From: Eledone cirrhosa
Taxonomy: Eukaryota
Direction: 5' to 3'
NCBI GenBank assembly: GCA_964016885.1
Contig: OZ024743.1
Span: 37,696,001 to 37,760,000, forward strand
DNA: 64,000 nt
Below are positions 15,096 to 27,589 of this stretch, in pieces (position 1 is the first letter of the stretch; each line of letters opens with the position of its first letter). The notes beneath the pieces were generated by a model. It did not search any database. It saw nothing but the letters and a program-made list of their open reading frames with translations, and had not been told where the DNA came from. The translations under genes and the position numbers were made by a program.

Positions 15096-16195
15096 TATCA
15101 AAATAATAGATATGAATGTAGATTATATTCCCAGGAACTTTTTGAAATAATGAAATCTAAGGATATCCTATTAAATAAACAACAGGAATTAATTATATCA
15201 TGTAATCATAAATTGAGAAGAACTTTTAAATATTATAAACCTAATTAATATACACTTTAGAAATTATTATAATAACATTTTTTTTTTTTTTAAATTAGTT
15301 AACCTATAATTAATATTCTACTACTAATGAACTGCATAATTTTATTTCCCTTTTACAGCTATCTTTTCCTAAAATTTATACCAATAAGTATACATATAAA
15401 CTATTTTAATTTCAGGTTATGATTCTATATTCCTTATAATCTATATAAATTTATTATTTCTCACTAATAAATTTACCCCCCCCCCCCACGCCCAATAATA
15501 ATAGTTATTATTTTTTTTATTTTCCCTTCGTTTTTAACAGCTCTCTTCAATTACATCTAACTCTTATTTATCATATCTATATGAATTAATATAAATTTAT
15601 CAATATAAATATACCTATCAATTTAATTAATTTCTTTTCTTTTTATAGATGTAAATTCCCTATATTTTAAATAAGATTGATATTTTTCACTAATACATTT
15701 ATCGTAAAATTTTATTCTCCTTAGATATTTACATTAGCATTATTCTTTTATAACATCAATTTTTCGTGTACCTTTTACCGATTTGACCTATTTTCATCCC
15801 TAAAATAATCTTTCATTCATCATACTCTTTGCATTCAAAACTGAAATTTGCTTTCTTCTACCCCTAAATTAAAGTTGTATTACTACTATTCTACTATCTT
15901 CTCTACTTACTACCTTTCTATTGGTCAATTCAAAACCTGTTCCCAAACAGACCTATTATATTAAATCTTTGTTGTTTTTTTTCAATAAACAAATATCATT
16001 ATTTCTGAAGACAGCATATATATGTGTAGGTATGTATATTCCCTCTGATAGTTTGTAAACAAATTTATTTAGATCTATATGATATACATACCAACACAAA
16101 CATATATATCCTAGAAACGATCGTAAAATGATGAATTTTTTAATATAAGGAACTGTTTCTTTGTTTTTATTCATTATTTTTATTAATTTATATAT
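15096..16195 (+). mobile_element. 5'-truncated Naiad-type Penelope element (endonuclease C-terminus, 3' region and HHR)
   Basis: 15111-15248 translates YECRLYSQELFEIMKSKDILLNKQQELIISCNHK..., matching the Naiad CxLC...LLNK..E...C.H terminus. Ends with HHR then (TA)n. Confidence 0.65.
15996..16134 (+). ncRNA. Type I hammerhead ribozyme with ~100-nt stem II
   Basis: Stem I tcattattt/aaatgatga (9 bp); CTGAAGA at 16005-16011; stem II arms atatatatg..ggtatgtatat / atatacatacc..catatatat; GAAACGATCGTA; predicted cleavage after A16125. Confidence 0.8.
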
Positions 16196-16404
16196 ATATA
16201 TATATTTATTCAGGTTTGAGGTTCACCACTGTATAGAGCTGGTCTATTCCGTATGGTCAATCGTAATGCAATAATATAGAGAGTACTCAACGTAAAGCAG
16301 TTCAACCGTCTTTGTTTTTGTAGTTGGTGGTGCTATTACGGAGTTAAATATTATAATGAAATGACAGGAGGCTGGATTTGTGTAAATCCTTGAAAGGTTT
16401 ATTA

Positions 16405-16460
16405 TACTATGATCATTTCAATGACCGGGTTCCGTATGAATCCGGTGATATCATCAGGTA
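16405..16460 (-). ncRNA. Type I hammerhead ribozyme (left arm)
   Basis: Mirror copy of 16549-16604. Confidence 0.75.
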
Positions 16461-16548
16461 TTCGAAATATAATACGTGAATGTAATAGATAAAATCGATT
16501 TTCAGCCCCATGGATTTTATCTATTACATTCACGTATTATATTTCGAA

Positions 16549-16604
16549 TACCTGATGATATCACCGGATTCATACGGAACCCGCTCATTGAAATGATCAT
16601 AGTA
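16549..16604 (+). ncRNA. Type I hammerhead ribozyme (right arm)
   Basis: tac-CTGATGA(16552-16558)-stem II-GAAATGATC-ATA-gta then AATAAA; stem III palindrome ATGATCAT; predicted cleavage after A16601. Confidence 0.75.
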
Positions 16605-17959
16605 TAATAAACCTTTCAAGGATTTACACAAATCCAGCCTTCTGTCATTTCATTATAATATTATATATATATATACATATATTGTAATGCAAGAAACAAG
16701 AAAGAATACTTCAATGTGGGGAGTCACGGGTTTTTAATAAATAAGGTACCCTAAGATATATATATATATAGTGAATAAAGTAACTGTGAATACTTGTAAC
16801 ATAACATTAAATGTAACATTACATGAACTGGAGATAAAATGAGAAGCTATCCTTAATGACACTCGGGTCGTGTATCTCCCTTTCTCCTGAATCGATCACA
16901 TTATTTATTAAAGTACGTATCACTCACTCCTTCTAATGCTAGCTTCTTAAATATATATTTTCTTCTATTTGTAATCGTGTTATTTTATCTTCACAAGATA
17001 AATGCAAAGTCATGTTGCATAAGAAGTAATGTTCTATCTGCATGCATTTTGAGTTCAAATCTTATTAATGTCAATTCTATTGTTCAAACTCTAGGGTTGA
17101 TATGTGAATACCAGTCTAGAGCTTTAGACTGGATGCAAGAGGGTATAAGTACCGGCTCTTTCATATGCTTTCAAATCGAACTATTGTTTATGTGAGTTGT
17201 AGATATGAACACTAACACAAGGCCCATGGATTTCAATTTTATGTGTTTCCCACTGCTACAAGCATTCGAATCTAGAGACTAATCGGCGTATACCTATCGC
17301 TCTTCCGGTCCTCGTTTAACAAGTCTCGAATGCATTGAAAATCGACGTGAACTGTCCTTTTCTCCCTGAGCAAACAAGAAAATGATATAAATATATTGCA
17401 ATCAGAATATAGAGCCTCACATCGACTTTATATTTGAGATTAAAAAACTTAACAACTTTAAATAGTTTGTGAAACATAGACTGTTTTACTCCATATATAA
17501 ACATTATATTGTGCATAAAATAATAATGTTTACTTTAGATACACATTCAGCAATTTCATGGAAGAAGTCCATTATATCGACACACTACTTGACTGGTACA
17601 TTATATTATCGATGCGTGGCTTGTAGTTGGGGGGTCAGAAAGTAAACGCTGGCAAAGTAGGTTGAACTTACCAATAATATTTTCTAATTCATACATAAGA
17701 GCCAGCGGTTGTAGGATGCAGGGTAAATCGATAAATAACATCTCAACACCTGAATGGTCTTTTATTTTAGCAAGTTCGGAAGGTTAAGATGGTTTAGAAA
17801 TCTGTAGCTCACACTCTCAGGCGAAAGACGGAGATTCGAAATATTAGAAACTATACTTCTTACGGCAACTGAATTTATCCAATCTTCCTGCAAACCCTTC
17901 TTATGTTTGTAATATCTAGAATAATTCTATTCTCTACAACATTTTGTCTTAATCAATAT

Positions 17960-18450
17960 TTTCTTTGTAACATTGTCTATGTGGATTTTTAAAGGTATTT
18001 TCTCCTCATTATTGAATAAAGTTGACTCATGTATACATCGAGGATTTTCAATTGTTCACTCATACACATTTTCCAATATTGCTCTTTTATTCCATCTTTT
18101 GTATTCGTGCTATGTTTCTACGATGTTTCTGTCAATAACAAAGGAAGTGCTTTGTATTAGTCGTGTTGTTTGATTGCTTTTTTTTTCAAAGACATCATTA
18201 ACATATCTTACAGCTGTTTATGATCTGTCATTATCGATTCCCATTAACCATGGTAATCTCATTCGATAACTGTTCATCGTTTGTTCAATATTTCTACTAT
18301 ATAATACTGACCATTAAGTCTATATTTTTAATCCAATATATCTAATCTTTCCACAATAATCTTGTAATCTTTGCTGTTTTGTCATTTCCCTTCCTTTCTG
18401 TCAGTATAAACTTATATATATCTTTACTATTTCTTATAATATCCATTGAG
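17960..18450 (-). pseudogene. Decayed Penelope-type RT remnant
   Basis: Minus strand gives RYVNDVF (RYVDD-like) near 18190-18215, preceded by an MG-like motif and followed by an LP-like motif; many stops. Confidence 0.4.
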
Positions 18451-18788
18451 AATATTTTATTATTGTCCGTTGGTTTATATACTAAGGTCAGCTTTGCCTT
18501 TTAACCACCCGAGGTCGATAAATTTAAATACAAATCAAGTCATGTACTGGTGTAGCTTTAATCGATGTTTTCTCCTTCCACAATCCCCTTATGTTGCGAG
18601 TATGTGTGGGCATGAAGTTGCTTTATTGGTGACACATCAAAATATTCTTCAGTAGATTTGAATTAAAATATGTTCACTGAGAGCATAAATCTTGACATTT
18701 AGTGGTTGCGAAAATTAAAGAAACCCCTGGGCTTCCCAGAACATTGTTAGTCTTGGACCTAAATTCGAAAATTCTAATATTATTAACA

Positions 18789-18979
18789 AGGGCGGTGGAT
18801 TGGCAGTATCAGTAGAGGGTCGGACACCATGATTTTACGCATATAGTTACGGCCCTTTATGGTCTGAGAATGCCACCGAGGTTAACTTTGCCTTTCATCC
18901 TTACGTGGTCGATAAAATAAAGTACCAGTAATGCACTGGGATAATTACTGGCCTTGTGCCAAAAGTAGAAACAATTATT
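18789..18979 (+). mobile_element. tRNA-derived SINE with Nin/Deu-like core
   Basis: Box-A-like tggcagtatcagtag head; core gcctttcatccttacgtggtcgataaaataaagtaccag; tail ggccttgtgccaaaagtagaaacaattatt. Confidence 0.85.
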
Positions 18980-18984
18980 AACAA

Positions 18985-19590
18985 ATATTTCTAATCCAGC
19001 CACAAATCCTGCAATTCATGGGGAAACGCGATTATATCAATCCTGTGTTTGACTGGTACTTATTTTATCAATCTAGTATTAATAATGATTTCTGACTTAT
19101 GTACAAGGCCAACAAGATTGGGAGAGGGAAAAGTTGATTAAATCGACCCTAGTTCCTCACTGGTGCTTTATTTTATCGACCCAGCAAGGATGAAAGGCAA
19201 AGCTAACCTCAGCTGGATTTGAGCTCAGAGCGTATAAGGCCATAACCCTAAATCAGAACCCATTATTTTCGTCGACCAACCCAATGGTGAATCCTTTAAC
19301 AGTGGCTGTTAGTATTCAACTATTGTGGTAAAAGTATCTAAGTAGGAAGAGCAGCACTGTGAGTAAAGGGCAACATCTCAACAAGAATTGAACATCATAA
19401 TGGTTCCTGATTTAGGCACAGGTCAACAATTTTGGGGAAAGGGAAAGCCGATTAAATCGACCCCAGTGCGTTATTGGTACCTTATGTTATCGATCCCATA
19501 AGGATTAAAGACAAAGCTAACTTCGGTGGGATTTGGACTCTATACTTGCAAAACATGTTATCTGAGGCTCTACCGATACTACCATTATGA
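18985..19590 (-). mobile_element. Cluster of about three older copies of the same SINE, reverse orientation
   Basis: Reverse-complement core tggtac(t/c)ttattttatcgaccc..aggatgaaaggcaaag at ~19050, ~19160-19230 and ~19470-19540. Further partial copies near 17570-17830 and 18485-18570. Confidence 0.75.
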
Positions 19591-20381
19591 TAAACATAAT
19601 CAGTTATCTGTTAACTTAATCAGTATTCGACTATTTCCTGTTTATTATTGTAGATGAGTATTTATGTTTTCCGCTTGTGCCACCATGTTTTCATAAATTA
19701 TCACCTCTTACTTCAGTATCTTAATTTCAACCTGAAAATTTCCAATCAGATCGAGGAATATCCTCCTGCTTTGTGAACTGACATAATCCTAGTACAGAGG
19801 AGGTTTCCTAAGCAGCAACTAAGTTTCATAGCACCCTACTAGAAATGGACAGAATGAATATTTAGTTCGCCTCATGTAGAAACCCATGACAAATTTTCTA
19901 TCGCTTAGTCAGAAAGGATGGCATAAAAAATGACTCTCCAAAAAATTTGAGGGACATAGTCGAAAGAGTGGGAGGAAGGTATTCACAACCGAAGACCTCA
20001 CTCGAATGCTTGCAACAGATCAGTTTCTGTTAAACACACTTAGTTGGTGGGAAACGTTACGATGGGTTATGTCTACTATTCAAGTGGGTTGCAGAGGGAT
20101 CTAAATTGCGAAAGCAAAAACGCAGAGAGAATACGGCAGCCAATTCAAGACTCTTTTTATTTTTAATTTTAACGTTGAAGAAGGATTAAGGTGAAACTTA
20201 ACCTAGTCGTATTTTTTTTATTAGGACACAGATAACTTGAACAAAAACCCAAAGCTCTACCATTTCAACCACAACTTAAAATATTCCTAAAATCTAACAT
20301 CCGCGCCCATTCATCCATCCATCCGTTCATTACTCTGTCTATCTCTCTATCCATCCACCCATTTCTCCATCTCTCTGTCTC

Positions 20382-20442
<61 letters not shown>

Positions 20443-20899
20443 CAAGCTAGCTAGCTTTCTTTCTTTCTGTCTTTCTTTCTTTCCCTTTCTTTCTCGCTTA
20501 AAGCTGTACTATATGTTGTGTAGAACGTAGGATAAAGAGAAGTCACGTCTTGTTTGAGTTATCTGCAAGATACATTTAACACCGAAAATATTTTGATCGT
20601 TGTAAAAGACGGAATGTTTTCCTCTTAGTGTACCAAAAATAAACCACTGAAAAACAGTTACTGCAGAATATGTGAAAAACGTGAGGAAATCTCACAATGA
20701 TATTTTCGCTTCTGGCTATACGTGATAGCCAACACAAGTTACCGAAATATACGAGACAGCGCTATGTTAAGACGTATTAAAATTAGGAATACCTTAAGGT
20801 GCTTAATACCCAGGTCCTGGAACTGTACGTTATTCTAAATAATCTTCGTCGCCATTATATATTTGAGGGGGTTGTAAAGGCACAGTATTCAAACGCTCA

Positions 20900-22870
20900 T
20901 TCAAGAATCCTATCAGGTCAACCTAGCTGATAGATATTACACAACCGTCTTGTAAGTGGTCTACTTCTGGGCTTCATGCCAGGTATCGTTACGTGTAAAA
21001 TTTGTTCAGATATTCCTTCTTTAGATATTATAAACACATGTCCCTAATACGAGGAATGTGACTTCTCGATTGAGAGAGGTAACGGCTTTGTCTCTGATCA
21101 AGCTTCGTACCCTACCGAGTAACGTTACTCGAAAGCTTCTTCGGAAGAACCTTATTTCGGTCACTTGTATTACAGATGGTATCATGGATTCATGATCATA
21201 GGTAAGGGTAGGCATGAACACTGAATAGAAGATAGGGAGTTTGGCTTTTATACCAACCCCCTTTCTTCCGATGGCCAAGTCTGAAGCTGATTGGCAGTAT
21301 CGTTAGAGCGTCATGCACCAAGCTTTGCAGCATACAGTTATGACCCTTTTCGTTATGAGTTCAAATCCCACTGAGGTTAACTTTGCTTTTCATCCTTATG
21401 AGGTTGATAAAATAAAGCACTAGTAATACAATGGGATAATTGCTAGCCTTGTGCCAAAAGTAGGAACAATTGTTACATCAGCTACATCAGTTCTTGCACT
21501 TAATCCAGCCACCGTCACTCATAAAACGGCTCCAAGATATGTAAACCTCCCCATCTTCATCAGTGTAAATTCCCACACCTCAAGATTAAATGCATCAGGA
21601 TGTATGCCTTAGTCATGACATAACTGATTTTCTTTCTTGTTGTGCAACGCTCGACCAGAAACCTATCCAGTAAATGTCAATTACCTTCCCACGCGAACCG
21701 TGTGCAAGTATCGGCCAATTGATCGTAAACGCTCCGGCTTTGATACAACTTCTAGCGTGGTTGCACCTGTCAATTCTGTTTATGAAGAATATGAAAAGAA
21801 GAGTTAATAACGTCCATCCTTTTCAGTGTCCGATATCTACATGGAATGGTTTCGATATAACAACCTTATACAAACGCATTCACATAGGGACTTCAAGCCG
21901 GAACATGAAGCTGTCCGTTGATCACATACTCCTGTAGAACCTTCCAAAACGTATTCTGTGGAAAGCGGTCGGATGCCTTTCGAGATTTCCGAAACAAGCA
22001 TACCTTCTTAGCAAAAGACCCAAATATCTTAACGCCCTGCTGCAGAGTAAATATTTGGTCAGCTTGGCTACATCCGGGGCGACAAACTAACTGGTCGTAA
22101 GCTACTTTGGATTCCACAATTTTTCTCTATCTCAATGCCTGGCATTCAGCATAAACATTACATAAGATGCTTAACAAGGAAGGAGATTGCTCTATAGTTA
22201 ATGAAATCTCTCCCGTGTCTGTATTGAAAATTGGGGTTATCACTCTCGATTGGCATGGCGTTGGTGTCTTTCCAGCTATTCTAGTTACTCGGCACACATA
22301 AGACTTCCAGAGCATAACTTCACTATTTAAGGCTTTTAAAATCTCGGGCTGAATGTTCTCCTCTACAGCGGCCTTTCATCTGTAGTACATCAGATTTTAT
22401 TGTGGTGACCGGATTTAGATCAGCAAATATTAGCTTCACCTTGCGATGCATCATTCATTTGAGAAAGAAACGCTGAGGAGTCGGGATTCCAGGCGTGGAG
22501 TGTAATTCCTATTACATTGTCGGTGAATGGTTTCACAAACACTTTATTAGTCAGATTCCAACCTAATGCCAAAGTCTTCCTCGATTTCTCTGTGAATGGC
22601 GATTTGCCTCTTGAAGCTTAGTCTGAAGAGAAGGCTTCAGTGTGCGTCAAACGGAGAAGTCAAATACAGATACTTCCTTGATGAAGATACTATGGCAATA
22701 GATATCGATAAAAATTAGGGTCATCAGTACACATGTTAGCACATGACATTCAAAGGAGGAATTGGAAAGAACGGCGACCCTGATCTGCATGCAAACACAG
22801 AGGCCTTACTAGACCTATGTTCTAATAACAGGCTCTCAATTATGAACACCTATTCAAGCATAAATATATC
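20900..22870 (-). mobile_element. Decayed RTE-clade (Rex3/Expander-like) LINE with an inverted endonuclease piece
   Basis: Minus strand: DQIFTLQQ, KASDRFP (KAYDRVP-like), KAKLPIFYSVFMPTLTYDHES..EIRFFRR..RVRS. Plus strand 22743-22860: GGIGKNGDPDLHAN..LLDLCSNNRLSIMNT (APE-like). Confidence 0.7.
21288..21475 (+). mobile_element. SINE (Nin/Deu-like core) inserted into the RTE LINE
   Basis: Head gattggcagtatcgttagag, box B gagttcaaatcc, core and tail as at 18789. Confidence 0.85.
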
Positions 22871-25249
22871 TATATGTATACAAGTTACCCTAAATACAAT
22901 ATACGTTATAATACCTATGATGACATTGTATCTAACGTATTACAACGTTTAAGTTTAACTGAAATAAAATTAATGTCGAAGAAAATGACCCCAGACTACC
23001 GCATTATGACCAACTAAAAAACTAAGATATACATAAAGATATACATAAAGTAGTAATTGAATTAGGCAAAACAGTCTTTAGAACCCGAATGTTTCTAGTG
23101 GTAATTTGCCTCTAGAGGCAACAAACTCAGTTATAATTTCTACCACTGATAAAAGAAACAATGAAAGGAATGGTATTCATAGTTCCGATCAAAGGCTATA
23201 CATAACGTTACTTCTAAGCAATAGTCTGACGAATCTTTTCTTTACTCCTGTTTTTCTTTTCACTGAAAAGTTCCACACAATGAATCGTAGAAGAAAGTAA
23301 AACGAAATTAACGAAAAGTAAAACAAGAAAAAAATACGAGCAACAGGCAGGAAAAAACAAAACCGAACAGTGAAAAGGCTGTGAGTTGGCATAATGAAAT
23401 TATTGCTTCTAAAAGACTGTTTCTATTAATCTAAATATAATAAATATCAAAGGAAAGTTGAATGTGGTGAGGATGAAAATGATATTAAATAGAAATACAG
23501 TCACAACGACAACAACGACATGAACGGCACTGTGATAGACAGGATAAGATAACTTTGGGTCTAAAGGTGAACAACTGATTCAACTTTGAGTCAGTGAGAC
23601 ATATCAAAATATATAGCTGATTTAAAAAATGCTGTAACTATATTTCTATTTATTTGTTTTCTTTGTTGATCTTTTCCTCTCTATTTTAAACAAATAATAC
23701 AAACGAAAGAATGAAATACAATATATATACAAAGGAAGGTGGGAAAAATGCAAACAAAAAATATATTTTTCGAAAATATACATTTCAGTAATTACATTAT
23801 GAAAGTCTAATAAGGTTGCGTCTTACTGTATGTGTGATGTGCAACTGTGGCTTTAAATTCATTGTCGCCATTGCTGCATTACATTGTAATTGAGTAAAAG
23901 GAAAAGCAGATGTGCGGCCTATAATGGCAGAGTATGATGGAAAATAGTGATATCTATTCGTAAGGTGAAACATCCAGTCAAGTTGTCCTTCTTAATGTTA
24001 CTACTTGCAGTTTTGTTTACAGCCGTATATATTATCGTGTTGTCGTGGAAAGAGACTTTCCTTTTCGCAAGGAAGGTAAATGTAATAATACATTGGAATT
24101 ACGATAGATTTAATAAACGTTAGATTAATTTATTTAATGCTATTATACTTCATGTAACCATTTTACATTACTTTCCACAAACCAGTCTCGTGGCGTATAC
24201 CTACAAGATTATGTAGGAGGACAGATAATATACAAACTGCACATGAGAAATTGTTTAAGATGTGAACAGCAAAAATGCATCAACGCAATAATTTATTATA
24301 CATTATTTCTATAGACCTTCTCCTTTTTATTGGAATTGGTTAAATAATTGTTTGCATGTATATGGTACATTTAATTATTCCAGGGTTACATTTTAGGTAC
24401 TAATAACATTTTATGGATCAACAGAAAAGTAACAGTGACACATACATTCACATGTATATCGATTGTTATTAGATATACATATTAGTCATGGCACCGACTA
24501 CTTCTTGAGTGGTTGCGCACTGTAAGAGATTAAATATTTCATTTTAATGAACTAAGATGTCTGTTTTCTCTATCCACAGATGATACGCGAATTTGTCGTC
24601 TTTTTCGTATTCCCTTCTTTTCCCTTCGGTGTATACAATATCTGCCTCAAGATACGATTTCTCATCAAGAATCTTGCAAGAGATACACATGCAAAGTATA
24701 AACATTCAAACACACATGCGCGCGCGCGCACACACTGACACACACACATAGACACACACACATACACACACACACACACACACACAAATACACACATACG
24801 TACACATACACACACATATATATATATATTTGTGTGTGTGTGTGCATGGCCCTTCCAAATGTAACAATATCTGTCGGAAGACACAATTTCACACGAAGAA
24901 TCTTGCAAAGCATATCCATGGTTAGTTTAGTAACCAGGTAGTTATTTAGTTAATCTATTTAATTGCTATAGCTCTTTCATTATACTAACTCTGACATTCT
25001 CAATGATTATTTTGTTCCTTTCTGTCTTTTCCTTCACTAGATATTGTTTCATTTACTCCATCTTATCTCTCCCTCGTGTGTATATGTTTACGTCTCTATA
25101 TGCTGTTACTTCCACAAGTATCTGTGTTTTGTATGTGCTTCGCGTGTATGCGGGTCAGTGCATCTATATGTGTGCATATCTTGTTTCTCTTCTTAGTGTT
25201 GGCGCGTGTGTGTATATCATTCTCTCCCTCAGTCCTCACTAGTTAGTTA

Positions 25250-26260
25250 TTCTATTCCTGTATGCTATTGAGGCTGGGTTTAAATTATTTCTGCACACGT
25301 TTGCATGTATTCAAATTTGTCTTTATAATATCATCCGTATCTAGGTTGTGGAGCTATTACTTTTCCATTTTTACATTCTATCGAGGGTCGATTTACATCC
25401 TGTTGTATGCGTTGCTTCCTTTATATGTCTGATCATTGCTTTTTTTCAGTTACGTCTGTGTGTATATATGAGTTTTCTCTCAGTGTTTTCTAATGAGTCA
25501 CCATATCGGTAGACCACAGACGAGTTCTTCACATTGAATTTTTGTCAGTTCTCGTCATGCTTTCCTCAATACTACGGACTTATTTATGTCGTTATCATGT
25601 TTCTACATTGTCCCTCTGTGATATACTAAATTTCTCGTTTTACAGTTATCCGTGGGCTTACTGTTAGACAATACAATTTAGGTTGTGCATACTTTTGTAT
25701 TTTTGTGGTAGCGGTAGAACAATTATAAATTCTACATCTACTTTGTTTCTGTTGTTTAAATCCGTTTTATTATCTGAGGTGCAGTCGACTGTCAGTAGGA
25801 CATCTGGCATATTTATCCCTTCCTATCCAGGTATTTCTGCTTTTTCAGTTGCTTTTTATGTATTTCCTATGGTTTTAACCATGATAATTTCTAGTTAAAA
25901 TGTCTGTTGTATTTCTATGTGTTAAAATTGACTTCTTGTACAATTTTAACGAAGGCTGTATTTTCGTTGGTGTGTTGATCCTATTTATTTCTTGTAGTAA
26001 GATACGTTTTCATTTTTTTTTTTAACTTAAATCTATGTAGGTTGTTTTTCTTATGTTAAGAAGTAGCGTACGTTTCAATCTTTGACTTGGACTTTTGTGA
26101 GTCGGAATCCTTTTATAATCAAGTTCATGCAATTGGTATACGCTCCAGAGGAGAGACAATGTTTTATTAAGTGAAGTTGTCAAGTTGTTATATTTTTCTT
26201 TAGATAACAAACCATATTGTTTTCCGATGTCTTGTTAGCTTAATACAATCTTAAGGTACT
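25250..26260 (-). pseudogene. Decayed Penelope-like RT thumb/GIY-YIG remnant
   Basis: Fragments NKTLSLL (LSFLD-like), RIPTHK (RKPT-like) and RHIKEA (R..KEA-like); heavily disrupted. Confidence 0.35.
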
Positions 26261-26626
26261 TCATTTTTGTATTGGTTTGGCAAAATTCTTAATGTGAAAT
26301 TGTATGTAGCATCATAATTTAAGAGTGTCATGTTGCCAATAAAACACGCAAACACCATAGCAAATATACTTAGGTAAACTCTGCCTTACATGCTCCGATA
26401 AACGCAGTTGATTCAAATGAGCAGTTTTTCTATACTGGATGTATTAGCCCGCTGATGAAAAACGCTACCATTTGCAGGCGTTTTAAGTTTAGCTACTGCT
26501 GTAGCATTCCCGATAGCGGCTTCCAGGTATTTGCGAACTTTGGCAACACACGACTCTGGAGGCGAGTAATATCTAAATAACTATGCTATGCCTTTTCAAG
26601 TGTTGAGTTGGTTTAATATCTGTCAT

Positions 26627-27000
26627 TGGTGAATTGGTAGAGGGTTGGACGCCATGCTTTCTAGCATAGTTACGTCCCTTTACAGTCTGAGTTCAAATCC
26701 CGCCGAGGTTAACTTTGTCTTTCATCCTTACGGCATCGATAAAACAAAGTACCAGTAATGTATTGGGTATTTGCTGGCCTCGTGCCTAAAGTAGAAACAA
26801 TTATTTATCTGGTCGATTGGCAGTATCGGTAGAGGGTCGGACGCCATGCTTTCCAGCATAGTTACGCCCCTTTACGATCTGAGTTCAAATCCCGCCGAGG
26901 TTAACTTTGCCTTTCATCCTTACAGGGTCGATAAAATAAAGTACCAGTAATACACTGGGGTAATTGCTGGCCTTGTGCCAAAAAGTAGAAACAATTATTT
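26627..27000 (+). mobile_element. Two tandem full-length SINE copies (26627-26805, 26810-27000)
   Basis: Both have the head, box B GAGTTCAAATCC, core and gtagaaacaattatt tail. Confidence 0.9.
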
Positions 27001-27292
27001 ATCTGAAGAGAAATGATAACCAGAACAAGTTAGAAAAAAGTTAACCATCCTGTATATTCAGATGAATATAAATATATATATGAACATATATTTGCAATCA
27101 ATATGATTATCTTCGGATAAATATATTCAATATTTTTGCTTTTGTTCTCCGTAAGGTTTTAATAAAGCATTCTTCTCTCTACTTATATAGTGAAAAAATA
27201 TATTTATTGGCAATTTCCAGAATTTTATATTAATATATGATTCGAGAATTCTACCAATGTTGCCATAATAAATTCCCCATTGATAATTGATT

Positions 27293-27372
27293 GTATGTAT
27301 GTATGTATGTATGTATGTATGTATGTATGTATGTATGTATGTATGTATGTATGTATGTATGTATGTATGTAT
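27293..27372. repeat. (TATG)n microsatellite
   Basis: About 20 perfect units. Confidence 0.98.
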
Positions 27373-27589
27373 GTTCTTCTTGTTTTATAATTTCACAAAT
27401 TTTTTCCCAATAGAGAGAGAGTCGGTTTCTAACATAGACACAAGACTCTCTCATTGGAATTTAGACATCAACTAGATAGATTATGTATGCATGCATGCAT
27501 GTGTAGATATGGATGTTATTGTATGTGTTGATGTGTATGTTTTGAGTTGTATGTGTGCATGTGTATATGCTTTGTATCTGTACATGTGT

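Larger units (their letters stand above)
16347..16662. mobile_element. Fold-back element with 150-bp arms, one hammerhead per arm
   Basis: 16347-16496 is the reverse complement of 16513-16662 with few mismatches; 16-nt loop; ends in (TA)n. Confidence 0.85.

Noticed and set aside
24011-24081. Possible 53-nt exon (ttttgtttacag|...gaag|gtaaat)
   Set aside because: No recognisable coding content or partner exons; such sites arise by chance in AT-rich DNA.
26450-26500. CTGATGA followed by an aaaacgc/gcgtttt hairpin
   Set aside because: No GAAA after stem II and no stem I or III; at most a dead HHR, so not counted.
26685-26705. GAGTTCAAATCC T-loop/box B suggesting tRNA genes
   Set aside because: It is part of SINE heads; no cloverleaf.
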